DNA of 63,902 nucleotides, filler included, from Stramenopiles sp. TOSAG23-6 (taxonomy: Eukaryota): NCBI GenBank assembly GCA_900128565.1. It is 3 parts of 3 records of this genome, joined end to end, with 100 filler letters (N's around TTAATTAATTAA, not from the genome) between each part and the next. Parts side by side here need not be neighbours in the genome. Positions count along the whole stretch, not along the records: positions 1 to 24,646 come from LT636002.1; 2 more parts are not named here. One strand, 5' to 3'. The notes beneath the pieces were generated by a model. That model was not told the origin of the DNA. It made no database searches and worked only from the letters and a program-made list of their open reading frames with translations. Below, piece by piece: positions 11,746 to 22,651 of this stretch; within the stretch, counting starts at the first letter, position 1, and every line of letters begins with the position of its first letter. The position numbers were made by a program, and so were the translations under genes.

Positions 11746-14700
11746 TTATAAAACATCTTTGTTTAAAACTGAATTGATTGTGTCTTCACTGTGTCCATCC
11801 TTTCGCATTTTCTCTCCAATTATTTTTTTCGGGAGTTTCATTAGATGCATTGCTTTGTAATGAAGTAAATTGTCCTCTGGTTGATCAACTCTAGGTTTTG
11901 GTGTACCATCAGAATTAGATATCAAATTTTCTGGGAGATTCATCAGATTCATTACTTTTTTGTGAAGTAGTTTGGTACTAGATGGCGTAGGTGGAGGTAA
12001 GAGTCCATCTGGGTGTAATTGTTGGGAAGGATTACTTGGCATTGAATCAATTTTGTCTACTACCTTGGTAGTAGATGGCGTAGGTGGAGGTAAATGTCCC
12101 TGTGGATGTAATGGATGCAATGGTTGGGAAGAATTACTTGTTATTGAATCAACTTTATCTACATCCTGTTGTGGATTCAATCTAGGTTTTTGTGTTTCTT
12201 CCAAATTAGATGTTTTTGTTTCAAGGGATGTTTTTCCTGTGGTTGATACATTATTATTTAAAATATCTTTATTAGTTGTTGATTTTGTTTCAAGAGATGT
12301 TTTTCCTGTGGCTGATACATTATTATTTGAAATATCTTTTTTAGTTGTTGATTTTGTTTCAAGAGATGTTTTTCCTGTGGTTGATACATTATTATTTGAA
12401 ATATCTTTTTTAGTTGTTTTTAATGAATCCGGTACTTGAATTTTATTTTCTACTTCCTTGTAATTAGTGTGCATCAAATCAGTCATTTTTTTCTCATGTA
12501 CTGCTGATTTGGTATAATGTAAACGTTCATTTCCTTGTGCTACTTCCTTTACTGTATTTAACGATTCTGAGACACTTACTTTGCTTCCTATTTCTTTATC
12601 GTCGGTATGTATCAATTCACTCAATTTTTGGAAACTATCGGTTTCAAGATCATCATCGGATTCATTAGTTTGGTTGGTTTCTTGTTTTCCTGTTTTCGAT
12701 GAGGAGAGATAAGAACCATCCTCTTGTACATTATTATGAGCACATTTTTCTATTGAAATCAAAACTGTAGGGAGGACATTTATCAAGTTGATACTTTCAG
12801 TTTTCAAGCTTTGTTTTGTGGAATCATTCGATAAACGAAAGTGTATAATATCACAAACGTTTTCCACGGTGAGAAATTTATTTCTTATTATTTCAATATC
12901 TTGGACGTCAGAAATATTTCGGTTTTTTTCAGCATCAAATTTTAGAACGAAGAAAAGTTGACCCCCGCCTACAAAAATATGTTCATTCAAATGAACGATC
13001 TTTAGCATATTACTTTCGTCGTTAATTTTCAGTACATTTCTTAATATTTTATCAAGACATTCCACAAATTTTGATTTCATTTTACCTTGTGCATTTTCTG
13101 TGAGTGATTCATCAGAAATGACTATACGACAAGCTAATGTAAAATTAACCGATGTATAAGCAACGGCGGCGTACATTCGTAGAGGGACTGCTACAGGAAC
13201 ATCTTGCGGTAGCATAATGTTCTCAGCGGCAAAACTCCATCCATAATCAGGTTCGAGCCGAATGACGCCATCACGTAGTTGATGAACTGCTTCTAAATCA
13301 ACAAATTCTAAATTATTTGTTTGCTGATAAAAACAAGAAAACATGCGCTTTTCGATGAATATTTGTACACGACATCTCAATGCACCAACACGTAGAACTC
13401 TAGCAACATGATACTTTGGATTGTGTCGACTAAACTTACATGTTAAATTTCGTTCATTCTTGAAAAATACAAACTCTCCAACCCGTGGAGGTGAATCACA
13501 GCCTAAAGGAATTAGCGTGGAGATAAATTCTTCTGTTACATGAACACCACGAGATGGTTTAAGGTTTGTTGAGTTAGTGAAAGTACAATCACTAATCTTT
13601 TGTTTGTCGTATGAATTTGTGAAGTAATCGTCTAAGTGTTTCTCCCACAAACTTCTTGGGTCATGTAATGACGTCGTATTACTATTTCTATAGCTTTGTT
13701 TTTTATATCGTTGCTTTTCTTTATATCTGACATATGCATCACCATCCTCGGGTGTTTGAGGATTGCGTAGTTGATCTATCAAATACATGAGCTTGTTTCT
13801 GTGAATAGGTTTCATTGAATTTAAATGATTATATTCAGTAAAGGTAATGAGATCTTCTATTGTGTCAATTCCCAAATGATTTACTAAATAATCATAATAA
13901 ATATCCAATTGTAGAGATTTGAGATAGTTTAATAAATCATCTGATGTATTGTTCTCATCTTTTTCATTACTTTGAAGATTTTCATTATTTGGAGTGTGTT
14001 TTGTGTTTGCTTTATTTGATTTTGAGGGTTCTTGACACGACTGAGTACCGGTATTAGCGAAAGTTTTCTTGACCTTTTGAACAGTTGCTATTTTTGATTC
14101 CTTATCATTTTTCTTCACACTATTTTTGAATGATTTACTACCTTCATTTACGGTTGATGTAAAATCAATATGATGTAATTGAGGTGACGTATTCATTGGA
14201 AGTTCATATTTTAATATAATATCATCTTCCCAAACCGGTTTTTTAAACGAAAAAGGCAACATATCATTTTCTTGTAATTCTTTTCTTATTTGTTTCTCTA
14301 GTTGCACTTCTTTTTGAGTTTTTTTCTGTACATTGCCACCATCAATATTATTTGTGTGTTGATTTTCTAAATATTTCAAACCTTCCTGAAGAATTAACCA
14401 AGGATTTGAAATGTCCATATTAGCTTGCTCTAGTCTTTCCATATCTACATATTGTTTTCGTGTTGACTCTGAAATGTATTTTGGAAAAATATTTCAAAAC
14501 AAATCTAAAAAAATTGTTAGGTACTAAATTTCGTACGAAAAAAAAATTGAATTTGAAAAAAAATAAAACATACATATGCTTCATATACTGATCAAGTGTT
14601 CTTAAATCTATATGACGATGTTTTATTGGTATTCCAAAACGATATTGATCTTCAGGATATTTTTTGATTACAGAACGCCTTGAGATATTATTGTTTTTAT

Positions 14701-15523
14701 CGGTAGATTTGAGAGATGCACTTGATGTTTTGTTGTTCATTTGATTTTCTACAGTTTTTAAAAGTTTTTTTAGAAATTTCTTTTGTTTTGGATCTTTTGA
14801 AGATTCTAGAGTTTTTAAAAGTTTTTTTAGAAATTTCTTTTGTTTTGGATCTTTTGAAGAGTCTACAGTTTTTAAAAGGTTTTTTAGAACTTTTTTTTGT
14901 TTTGGAACGTCTTTATTCATTTTCCTTTCTAGAGTTTGTAAAAGCTTTCCTAGAAGTTTCTTCTGTTTTGGATCTTTTGAAGAATCGTATATTAGTTTAC
15001 TTCGCTTGTATAGTTGGGCCCACGGATTAGAAGTTGATGACAGTAGTTCAACTTTATCAATTACATTTCTTGACCTATCTAATATGGGGTTTGTACTTGG
15101 TGTATTTACAACTGTTTTTTCTTTCATTTTTGTTATCTTTGTTACAGTGTTGTTACGCTTTACATTGTTAGTATCCTTTAGTAGAACTTCTTCTTTGTGG
15201 TTGGCATTTGGGTCGTTTTGTATCTTGTTAGTTTCTTCTATTACTGAAGGCTTTACATTATTGTAAGTATCTTCCTTTACTACATTCTTACTTTCCTTTA
15301 TATTTTTTATTTTTGCCAATGAATTTGTCTCCGTGTCGGAGAAGTCTGAGGCTGTATCATCCTCTTCAAGCGTTGGTCTCCTTATTGACTTTCCAATTGT
15401 TTTTTTCGATGCTGCTTCCGCAACGCGTTTTCTATGCGCCTTGGTAGCCTCCCCGGGAACAGTCTTCCGCATTTCAGTTGGATCATGATTCATCAGTTCA
15501 CTGATGAAATGAGGGGATGACAT
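11746..15523 (-). CDS. Large SAM-domain protein with internal tandem repeats; exons 15523-14574 and 14473-11746
   Basis: The two ORFs join in frame across introner 14474-14573. SAM-like YLKSLQLDIYYDYLVNHLGIDTIEDL...MKPIHRNKL; 69-bp and ~57-bp coding repeats. Confidence 0.75.
14474..14573 (-). mobile_element. Introner-like intron, GT...AT, flanked by AT/AT
   Basis: cat at|GTATGT...TTCGTACGAA...TACCTAAC...AAAATACAT|t tca. The adjacent AGs are out of frame. Confidence 0.88.
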
Positions 15524-15806
15524 TATTCTAGAATGGGCATATGCATATATATGTAGGCGCGAGGTACCAGGAAAGAAGTAATATGATATTATACTTTTTG
15601 CTTTTCGAGATCTTTATTATAACGCTCATCGTCCGTTAACGTACATGTATGTTACCCGGTACTGATCGTGATTGCGCTTGTCGAAAAAAAACCAGTAAAA
15701 AAATTTGATGGACGGCTCTTTTTGTTTTTGTGTTCGTGCTGTCCCTGTCTCTCGCGGCTGTGACTCTGAATTTAAGACCCGGGCATTACATTTACTTTGA
15801 GTTAAG

Positions 15807-16224
15807 ATGACTGACCAAGACGACAAAAAGCCAGCTGATGGATCCCTCACAATCCNNNNNNNNNNNNNNNNNNNNNNNNNNNNNNNNNNNNNNNNNNNNN
15901 NNNNNNNNNNNNNNNNNNNNNNNNNNNNNNNNNNNNNNNNNNNNNNNNNNNNCCCCCCAACTGTTTACTTTTGAAACTAACTCTTTAAACTTTTAGCATA
16001 TTTTAAACTTATATACCGGAGAGGAAACTTTCTTTAAGGTAAAGGCAACTACCAAAATGGGTAAAGTATTTAAAGCTTATGCTCAACGTAAGGGAATCCA
16101 ATCTTCCGCACTTCGTTTTTTGCTTGATGGACGTCGTATCACTGACGACGACACTCCAAAAATGTTAGAACTCGAAGACCAGGATCAAATTGACTGTTTA
16201 CTTGAACAATCTGGTGGTTTCTAA
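15807..16224 (+). CDS. SUMO: SUMO; exon 1 end and intron start hidden in an N-gap, exon 2 ~16015-16224
   Basis: MTDQDDKKPADGSLTI...TGEETFFKVKATTKMGKVFKAYAQRKG...RFLLDG...TPKMLELEDQDQIDCLLEQSGGF with a di-Gly motif. Confidence 0.93.
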
Positions 16225-16543
16225 ACACATAGTGTGAATGATTATTCATGGTTATTAGAGTTTCTTTCTTGTTGAAAAGCACGTTTGTGCATTATTTGAG
16301 TTGGTTTAAAGGCGAATGTAGAAACTCCTAGTCCTATAGTGGTGTCAGGTTGTTTGAGTAACATATAATTAAATAATCATGAGCCATAGTAAACATGTAT
16401 TGTATCATGCTTTGTTTACGTCGAACTTTTAGTTTCTTACGTTCAATTATTAGAAAATCGAAATAAAGATACAAACAACAAAAAATTCTTTTATTTAGTG
16501 TTACGAAAAAAAATGGTACAATACTAGTACTATTTTCAGTGTA

Positions 16544-19081
16544 TTATTGCGAGTCTTTTGTAGGTTTCATATGAACTCTTTGTATATGCATAGCTTTACA
16601 AAATTCAGCCAACGTCATAGGATTAATACCAATACGCCGAGCAAGTTGCCTGTACAACTTTTCTTGATGTTTTGCTTTGATTCGAGGAAGTGTCTTGTCT
16701 CTACCAGGTTGCCAATACCAGTGACTAAGTTCTAAGAGTTTGTCAGTACTTAGACGTCCAACCTTATCTATATCAAGCAAGTTAAATTGTTCTCTCAATT
16801 CTTCCAATTTGGTTTCAGTAAATTCAGTAAATTTATTGGATTCATTGGATTCAGTTTCTTTTTTTTCAGTTTTCCGAGGTTTTTGAAATGGTTTATTCTC
16901 GTATTTTTTTACAAATATGGAAGGTGATGGATTCTTCTTTATATCATCTAAAAGATTACTATTCATACTACGTCTAGTAGGGGTGACAGTGACACTACCA
17001 ACTTCTTTAGATGTATCATTAAATTCATCGAAAATAGTTGAAATATTTTTTTTCTGAGTAGGGTTAGGGGTATGCTGTTTCAGATTGCCTTGTAATTCAG
17101 AACTCATTTCATTTTCTATCATTGGTGATTCAAAATTAAAATCTGGATCTATATCAGTCGAAATGATCACATTTGATGATGATGGAAGTTCTATTTTATC
17201 TGATGATGATGGAAGTTCTATTTTATCTGATGATAATGATGGAAGTTCTATTTTATCTGATGATGATGGAAGTTCTGTTTTAGAAGGTTGATCAATTCTA
17301 TGTGAAGAACAATTTTGTAGCTGTAGTGATGTACTTGATTTCGTATTTGTAATGACGTCATCAGAAGCTTCTTTCAATTCAACATTGAGTTCACTTTGTT
17401 CAGGTACAGTTTTCTGTACTCTTATAGATTTTGTTGAGTGTTTTGATTGCTTATAACAGGATAAGTTAAAAGGTTGCTGATTTGTACTTTCTTTCGTCCA
17501 ACCATCTCCCGTAACCCAACACGGTTTATCTTTATTTGCCTTCATATGTCGTGCTTTTTGTTGTCGCTGTAAAAAAATGGTAACCTGTATTTTCTCTCTC
17601 TTTGGAAGATCCAATTTTGTCTCTATATGATAATGATTTGATGTTTTGCTGTTATTACACAGAATGTCACAAAGTTGACCATATGTCATTGACCATTCAT
17701 TCCTTGTTTCATTATTCAACTGATCAATATTTGTCTTTCTATAATCATCATTTCGATTGTTTCTTGTTGCTTCACAGAATGTTTTAAATAAATGTTTTGT
17801 TTCATGTATAGTTGGAGGTTCTGCCGAATCCAAAAGTGAAACTCCCCAATGAAATTCACAGAAACGAATTACGTGATCTCTGTCATAAATACTGGTAACA
17901 AAAGGCTCACCAATCCGTGCATATCTTTCTCGCATTAAACGACTGATTTGAATTATTTTCTGTGTATTTCCGTGTATTTCATTATTATCGCTATTTTCAT
18001 CATTTCTCGTACATTCTATTTTTTTCTGTTTATTTTCATATTTTTCATCGCTATTTTCAGTATTTTTCTTTGTTTCTCTTGCTACATTTTCGTTTTTATT
18101 CATTTTCATATCAATGGAAACTTCAGATAAATTCTTATTTCGAAATGTTTTATTACATAGTAGACGACGTCCTATCTTTCTATTAAAATCATTAAAAGCA
18201 GCGAATTTTGGATTAACTAAGTCTAATGCTTGCTTTGCACGTTTCATTTTAATTTCATCAATCTTATTTTGCGTTTTTTTTCTACGGGTTTTCGTGCTTT
18301 GTGTGTTTGCTTGGTGAAGACGATTATGAAATATTGATGTTTTTTTGCTATTATATACATTTGTTTGTTGTTGAATAGACTCATTGTCCTGTTTAGACTG
18401 TTTTTCACGAAGACTAGGACGCAAACTATCTAAAAATCTTTTTTTCACAATTGTCTTTTGGTTACAGTCTAAAGAATTTTCCAATTCTTCAAAGTATCCC
18501 ACTTTCTTTTTATCCTTTATTTTGTATATTTGACTGGACCGAGAAACATCCGTATATATCGCTATAGTATTATTATCTGTTGCCTTTACATGTTCAGTCT
18601 CATGTGATTCATTTGACAAAGAATTTAATTGTAGACTATCTATTAATATGTCTAAATTTAGACATTTTGACTTTTCGAGTATATAGGCATACATCAGTTT
18701 AAGCTCAGCATCTTTAGGGACGTTTTCAATCCCAGAGTGCAAAATAATGTTCCGAAAATCATCAAATGAAATACTCTGATCTGTTGATAATTCTAATTCA
18801 AAAAATATGTCTTTGATATCTATTTTTTTCTCTCTACACTGCCACTCTAGTTCGAATAACAATCTAGCCGGGTTCTGAGCACTACTCCAGAGCATAGGAT
18901 TCTGTGGTTGGTCTTTTCTCAAAGATCGATTTTTACGCATGTGTGCATTATAAGATGATCCTAATGGTTTTTCATGTATTATATTCTCTGTAAATTTTTT
19001 AGAAGCATAAATACAGTGATCTGCTCGTTGTAATAAATTTTCCAAGTCCTCACTTTTAAATGAAGCTTTTCTGGTGCTCAT
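16544..19081 (-). CDS. Hypothetical 845-aa protein with degenerate EF-hand-like motifs
   Basis: Long ORF; FNLLDIDKVGRLSTDKL; 27-bp SSDKIELPS repeats. Confidence 0.7.
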   Translation of the reverse strand: MSTRKASFKSEDLENLLQRADHCIYASKKFTENIIHEKPLGSSYNAHMRKNRSLRKDQPQNPMLWSSAQNPARLLFELEWQCREKKIDIKDIFFELELSTDQSISFDDFRNIILHSGIENVPKDAELKLMYAYILEKSKCLNLDILIDSLQLNSLSNESHETEHVKATDNNTIAIYTDVSRSSQIYKIKDKKKVGYFEELENSLDCNQKTIVKKRFLDSLRPSLREKQSKQDNESIQQQTNVYNSKKTSIFHNRLHQANTQSTKTRRKKTQNKIDEIKMKRAKQALDLVNPKFAAFNDFNRKIGRRLLCNKTFRNKNLSEVSIDMKMNKNENVARETKKNTENSDEKYENKQKKIECTRNDENSDNNEIHGNTQKIIQISRLMRERYARIGEPFVTSIYDRDHVIRFCEFHWGVSLLDSAEPPTIHETKHLFKTFCEATRNNRNDDYRKTNIDQLNNETRNEWSMTYGQLCDILCNNSKTSNHYHIETKLDLPKREKIQVTIFLQRQQKARHMKANKDKPCWVTGDGWTKESTNQQPFNLSCYKQSKHSTKSIRVQKTVPEQSELNVELKEASDDVITNTKSSTSLQLQNCSSHRIDQPSKTELPSSSDKIELPSLSSDKIELPSSSDKIELPSSSNVIISTDIDPDFNFESPMIENEMSSELQGNLKQHTPNPTQKKNISTIFDEFNDTSKEVGSVTVTPTRRSMNSNLLDDIKKNPSPSIFVKKYENKPFQKPRKTEKKETESNESNKFTEFTETKLEELREQFNLLDIDKVGRLSTDKLLELSHWYWQPGRDKTLPRIKAKHQEKLYRQLARRIGINPMTLAEFCKAMHIQRVHMKPTKDSQ

Positions 19082-19304
19082 TTCGTGAAATATACGTACG
19101 AATACTGAAATTACGTCAAAATGAATCTATCCTAAACAGATATAACATGCCTATGTACAAATTTCATCTCACAATATAGATTTGTTCAGAGTATATACAC
19201 TCAATTACTGGAATGTAGGTCTGGTGTAGATGTACCAAAATCGAAGAGGAGAGAGAGATAACGAGAAGAAAGATTCAAAAATCAAAAAAATAACCGAAAA
19301 CCGG

Positions 19305-19318
19305 AAACCCTAACCCTA
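19305..19318. promoter_or_regulatory. Telo-box-like motif in a divergent promoter
   Basis: AAACCCTAACCCTA between head-to-head genes 19081(-) and 19500(+). Confidence 0.55.
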
Positions 19319-19499
19319 GGCTAGTCAATTTTTCAATTTCAAGAATGGCCACGGGTGTCAATCAAGGATAATATCCTCGTGTTGGCCGTTTCCTGTGCCC
19401 ATTGGGCTGCTTGTTTATTCACCACAAACATTTTCGAACCAGAAAAGTTAGCATTCAATTGCTTCTTCTGCAATAGATAATACAGACGTTCTCCAAAAT

Positions 19500-20051
19500 A
19501 TGTCCAGTGAAGAAGGGAGCGAGGAAGATGAGCATCATTGTGAAGGTTGCGGCGTAGAAGTCGATGAATATATGGAGTACTGTGAAATTTGTGAAGAAGA
19601 AAATGAGTGGAACAAAGTCAGTAGTATTTGTTCATATTTGCCCTATGGGTACGCTGGGAAAAAGGTTGCAGCAGATCATAGAAAACCCTGCTCAGACTGT
19701 GGATGTGGATTTTACTACGGTGAATGGTATTTTTATAACGCTCATCAGCCTTGGGGAACTGATAAATATTGCTTGAACTGTGCTGAGAATAATGCGGAGG
19801 AAGAGGCGATGAAAAAAGAGTGTGACTATTGTGGAGAGAGAGACCTTTTTGAACGCAATTGGTGCGTTTCCTGCGTCATGTCTATAGAGTGTGAAATATG
19901 CGAAAAGACAAAATGGGAAGAATTTCCGGAGGCTTACGATGGCGAAACTATTTGTGAAGAATGTCTCGAAAAAGAAAAGGAGCAAACCGGAAAGAGAAAA
20001 GCACCAGAAGAAGCAGAAGAATCACAAAGGCCCACGAAACGACGAGGGTGA
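19500..20051 (+). CDS. Acidic Cys-rich (multiple CxxC) putative zinc-binding protein with a C-terminal NLS-like tail
   Basis: Eight CxxC pairs; KRK...PTKRRG. Confidence 0.7.
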   Translation: MSSEEGSEEDEHHCEGCGVEVDEYMEYCEICEEENEWNKVSSICSYLPYGYAGKKVAADHRKPCSDCGCGFYYGEWYFYNAHQPWGTDKYCLNCAENNAEEEAMKKECDYCGERDLFERNWCVSCVMSIECEICEKTKWEEFPEAYDGETICEECLEKEKEQTGKRKAPEEAEESQRPTKRRG

Positions 20052-20625
20052 CACATTCACTGTTCATATAAATCAAATCATATTTTATTTAGCATATTAT
20101 ATTAGAGACATGCAAATATACAAGTGTGATAGCTATGAAACTATTCGTACCCATTGCACAGACAACTGCATTCCGTAGAGATACCTGGGGTGGAACAAAC
20201 AGCTTCAGTACACTGGACGATGCAACCGCCTCAGTGTTTATGATGTCATTATCATTAGTACTGAAATTCAACAATGCATCATCTAGAATAGCAAAATTAT
20301 CATTTGATGAATTTCTAATCTGTTGAAGTGTTTGTAAATTATCTATATTTAAAATTTGGACTGCCAATGGATTCGATGTAATTTCACTTCTGGGTATGTG
20401 ATACAAACCCGACTCAAAAATCTGCCCAAGCAAAACATTATTTCTATGATTCTTTGCGTGTTCTGATATTTCAGTGGATAGCAAATTTTCAAAGGTAGCA
20501 CACCGCTGTAATATAATCGTTGTTTTGCGCCACGGGTGTGATTTGCATCTTCTATGATTTATATGTGATTTATATGTGATATATATTTTTCATTCTTTAA
20601 GTTCTTAATAAAATCGTTTAATTAT

Positions 20626-21297
20626 TTAAATACGTTTCTCTTCATTCAGCACGCGAATAGTGCTTATTTTCCCTTGCCAATTAATTTGATGAGTACCATT
20701 ATTTTCACTTTGAGAATCGTCGTGGTGGATTGTTATATTCTCAGCTAAAGAGATACTCAAATGAGATTTGATAAGTGCATATCCGCCAATTTTTGACTTT
20801 GTATCCAAATGATATAGCCTCCCGGATAGACTTACTCGAAGTAATTCAGGGTCAAATGGGACTTTAATACTGGAACCAAATAGAAGATTCCATTTACCAT
20901 CGGTTTCTTGAAGGTCGTGAAATACAATTGGTGTATCAGCAGCTTTTATAAAGTTCATCTCAGCACCACAAGGTGAAACAAATGGGTAATCTGTATGTCT
21001 ATTTAGTGTATTCTGTTTGATTCTTCTAAAAAAAAAATCCAAAAATTTATCTGCTTTTATAGATGTTGCAATATTCTTTGGGATGACTTCTTCAGTAAAT
21101 AACCTACCTTGAGAATCTATATGGTAAAAATAATCACGATTTTCTCCATGCTTTGCGTAAAATGAAGAAGACTTGATTTGTTTTTGTTGCTGAATTTCTT
21201 CATAGGAAGTATCAATATCTACTGAAAAGTATCTCAGTTGTACATACCGCGATTGTATACAGGGTATGAGTCCATTTCGAAATCGTGCAAAGAACAT
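20626..21297 (-). CDS. UPF0598/DUF4505 (C8orf82-like) protein, probably mitochondrial
   Basis: RDYFYHIDSQGRLF, KFLDFFFRRI, YPFVSPCGAEMNFI, GRLYH motifs; Arg-rich presequence-like N-terminus. Confidence 0.8.
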   Translation of the reverse strand: MFFARFRNGLIPCIQSRYVQLRYFSVDIDTSYEEIQQQKQIKSSSFYAKHGENRDYFYHIDSQGRLFTEEVIPKNIATSIKADKFLDFFFRRIKQNTLNRHTDYPFVSPCGAEMNFIKAADTPIVFHDLQETDGKWNLLFGSSIKVPFDPELLRVSLSGRLYHLDTKSKIGGYALIKSHLSISLAENITIHHDDSQSENNGTHQINWQGKISTIRVLNEEKRI

Positions 21298-21418
21298 TAT
21301 CTAGCTGAGTAATTATAATTTATTTGTATTAGAATAGTACTTCGAAGTTCTAATGACTTTCAATATCTGAGAGCTCAGATCAAAAAGGTAGCAAACACGA
21401 AATCTAGCTTGATTTCGC

Positions 21419-21431
21419 AACCCTAACCCTA
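21419..21431. promoter_or_regulatory. Telo-box-like motif in a divergent promoter
   Basis: AACCCTAACCCTA between 21297(-) and 21538(+). Confidence 0.55.
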
Positions 21432-21537
21432 GCCGCCCATAATTGACTGGTAAAGTGACTCAAGTTACTGGTTTTGTCTCTGTTAGTTCTTCTTTCTTGT
21501 TGTTGCGCCATATAATAATAACAATCACACCCTAAAA

Positions 21538-22413
21538 ATGACTGTCGAAACTATGACCACTCGCAATCCTCCTATTAAATTTGCTGAGCGTGATAATTCT
21601 CTCTTTGTCACGTTCGATCTTCCAGACTGTATTAATGTTGATATTAAGCTAACTGAAGATACTCTTAACTTCAAAGGAACTAGTGGAGGAAATGACTACG
21701 CTTGCGAGCTGAAGCTCAAAGGGAAAGTTAACCCTACCCATGAAGATTCCAAGTGGACCGTCAAAGGACGTAACGTATTATTTCACATAATGAAAGCAGA
21801 CTCAGAAGAAGGAGAAGATCGATGGAACACCCTTCTTGCTGATAAAAAATTAGGCAAAACGTTTGTCAAAGCTGATTTTTCAAGATGGGTTGACGAAGAG
21901 GATGAAGCTGAAGAAAATGGTCAAGGAGGATTCGATATGTCTGCGATGGGAGGTGCTCAAGGATTCGGAGGTGGAATGCCCGGGATGGGTGGAATGATGG
22001 GAGGTATGCGTATGTTTTAACTATGAATTGTGATTCTTTTTGTTCTTACTTTGAATTTTCCAAAATCTTAACATTTAATTTAGACAATATTTTTNACAAA
22101 AAATCTGGTATGGGCGGAATGGGCGGTGCTGGTATGGGCGGCGCTGGTGGAATGGGTTTGTTTTAACTATGAATTGTTCACATGATTCTTTTTTTTTCTT
22201 ACTTTGAATTTTCCAGAATCTTACATTTAGTTTAATTTAGACAACATTTTTCACAATATAGACATGGCAAAGCTCCAAGAAATGATGGCAAAGATGAAAG
22301 ATAACATGCCTGCTGGTTCAATGCCAGAACAAACAGGAGGAGAAGATGACTTTGATAGTGATGATGATGAAGATCTTCCAGAACTAGAAGCTGATACTGC
22401 GGCTGCTGAGTAA
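21538..22413 (+). CDS. p23: Hsp90 co-chaperone p23; three exons, introns ~22010-22104 and 22156-22261
   Basis: CS domain (PPIKFAER...WNTLL...KADFSRWVDEEDE), GM-rich tail, acidic DSDDDEDLPELE end. Confidence 0.9.
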
Positions 22414-22651
22414 AGTACTATACGAAAAAAATGATTTTTTGTTGTATTTTTAAGTACTAAATTTGTTACAAAGTACGATACGAAAAAATTATACTTGTAT
22501 ATATGCAGACACTATGATATTTTCCCCAGAAGAAATAAATCGTACACTTCACATTTATATGAATTATATTTTTATATTTTCTTCTTTAAACAAATAATTT
22601 TTCATATGAGCGACGGATATATATTAAAGTACATACCACTAATTATTTATT

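Noticed and set aside
12215-17280. Regular direct repeats (69, ~57 and 27 bp) resembling arrays
   Set aside because: In-frame coding tandem repeats with no unique spacers; not CRISPR, and the context is eukaryotic.
20089-20484. 131-aa minus-strand ORF
   Set aside because: No ATG start and no recognisable motif, so it cannot be supported as a gene.
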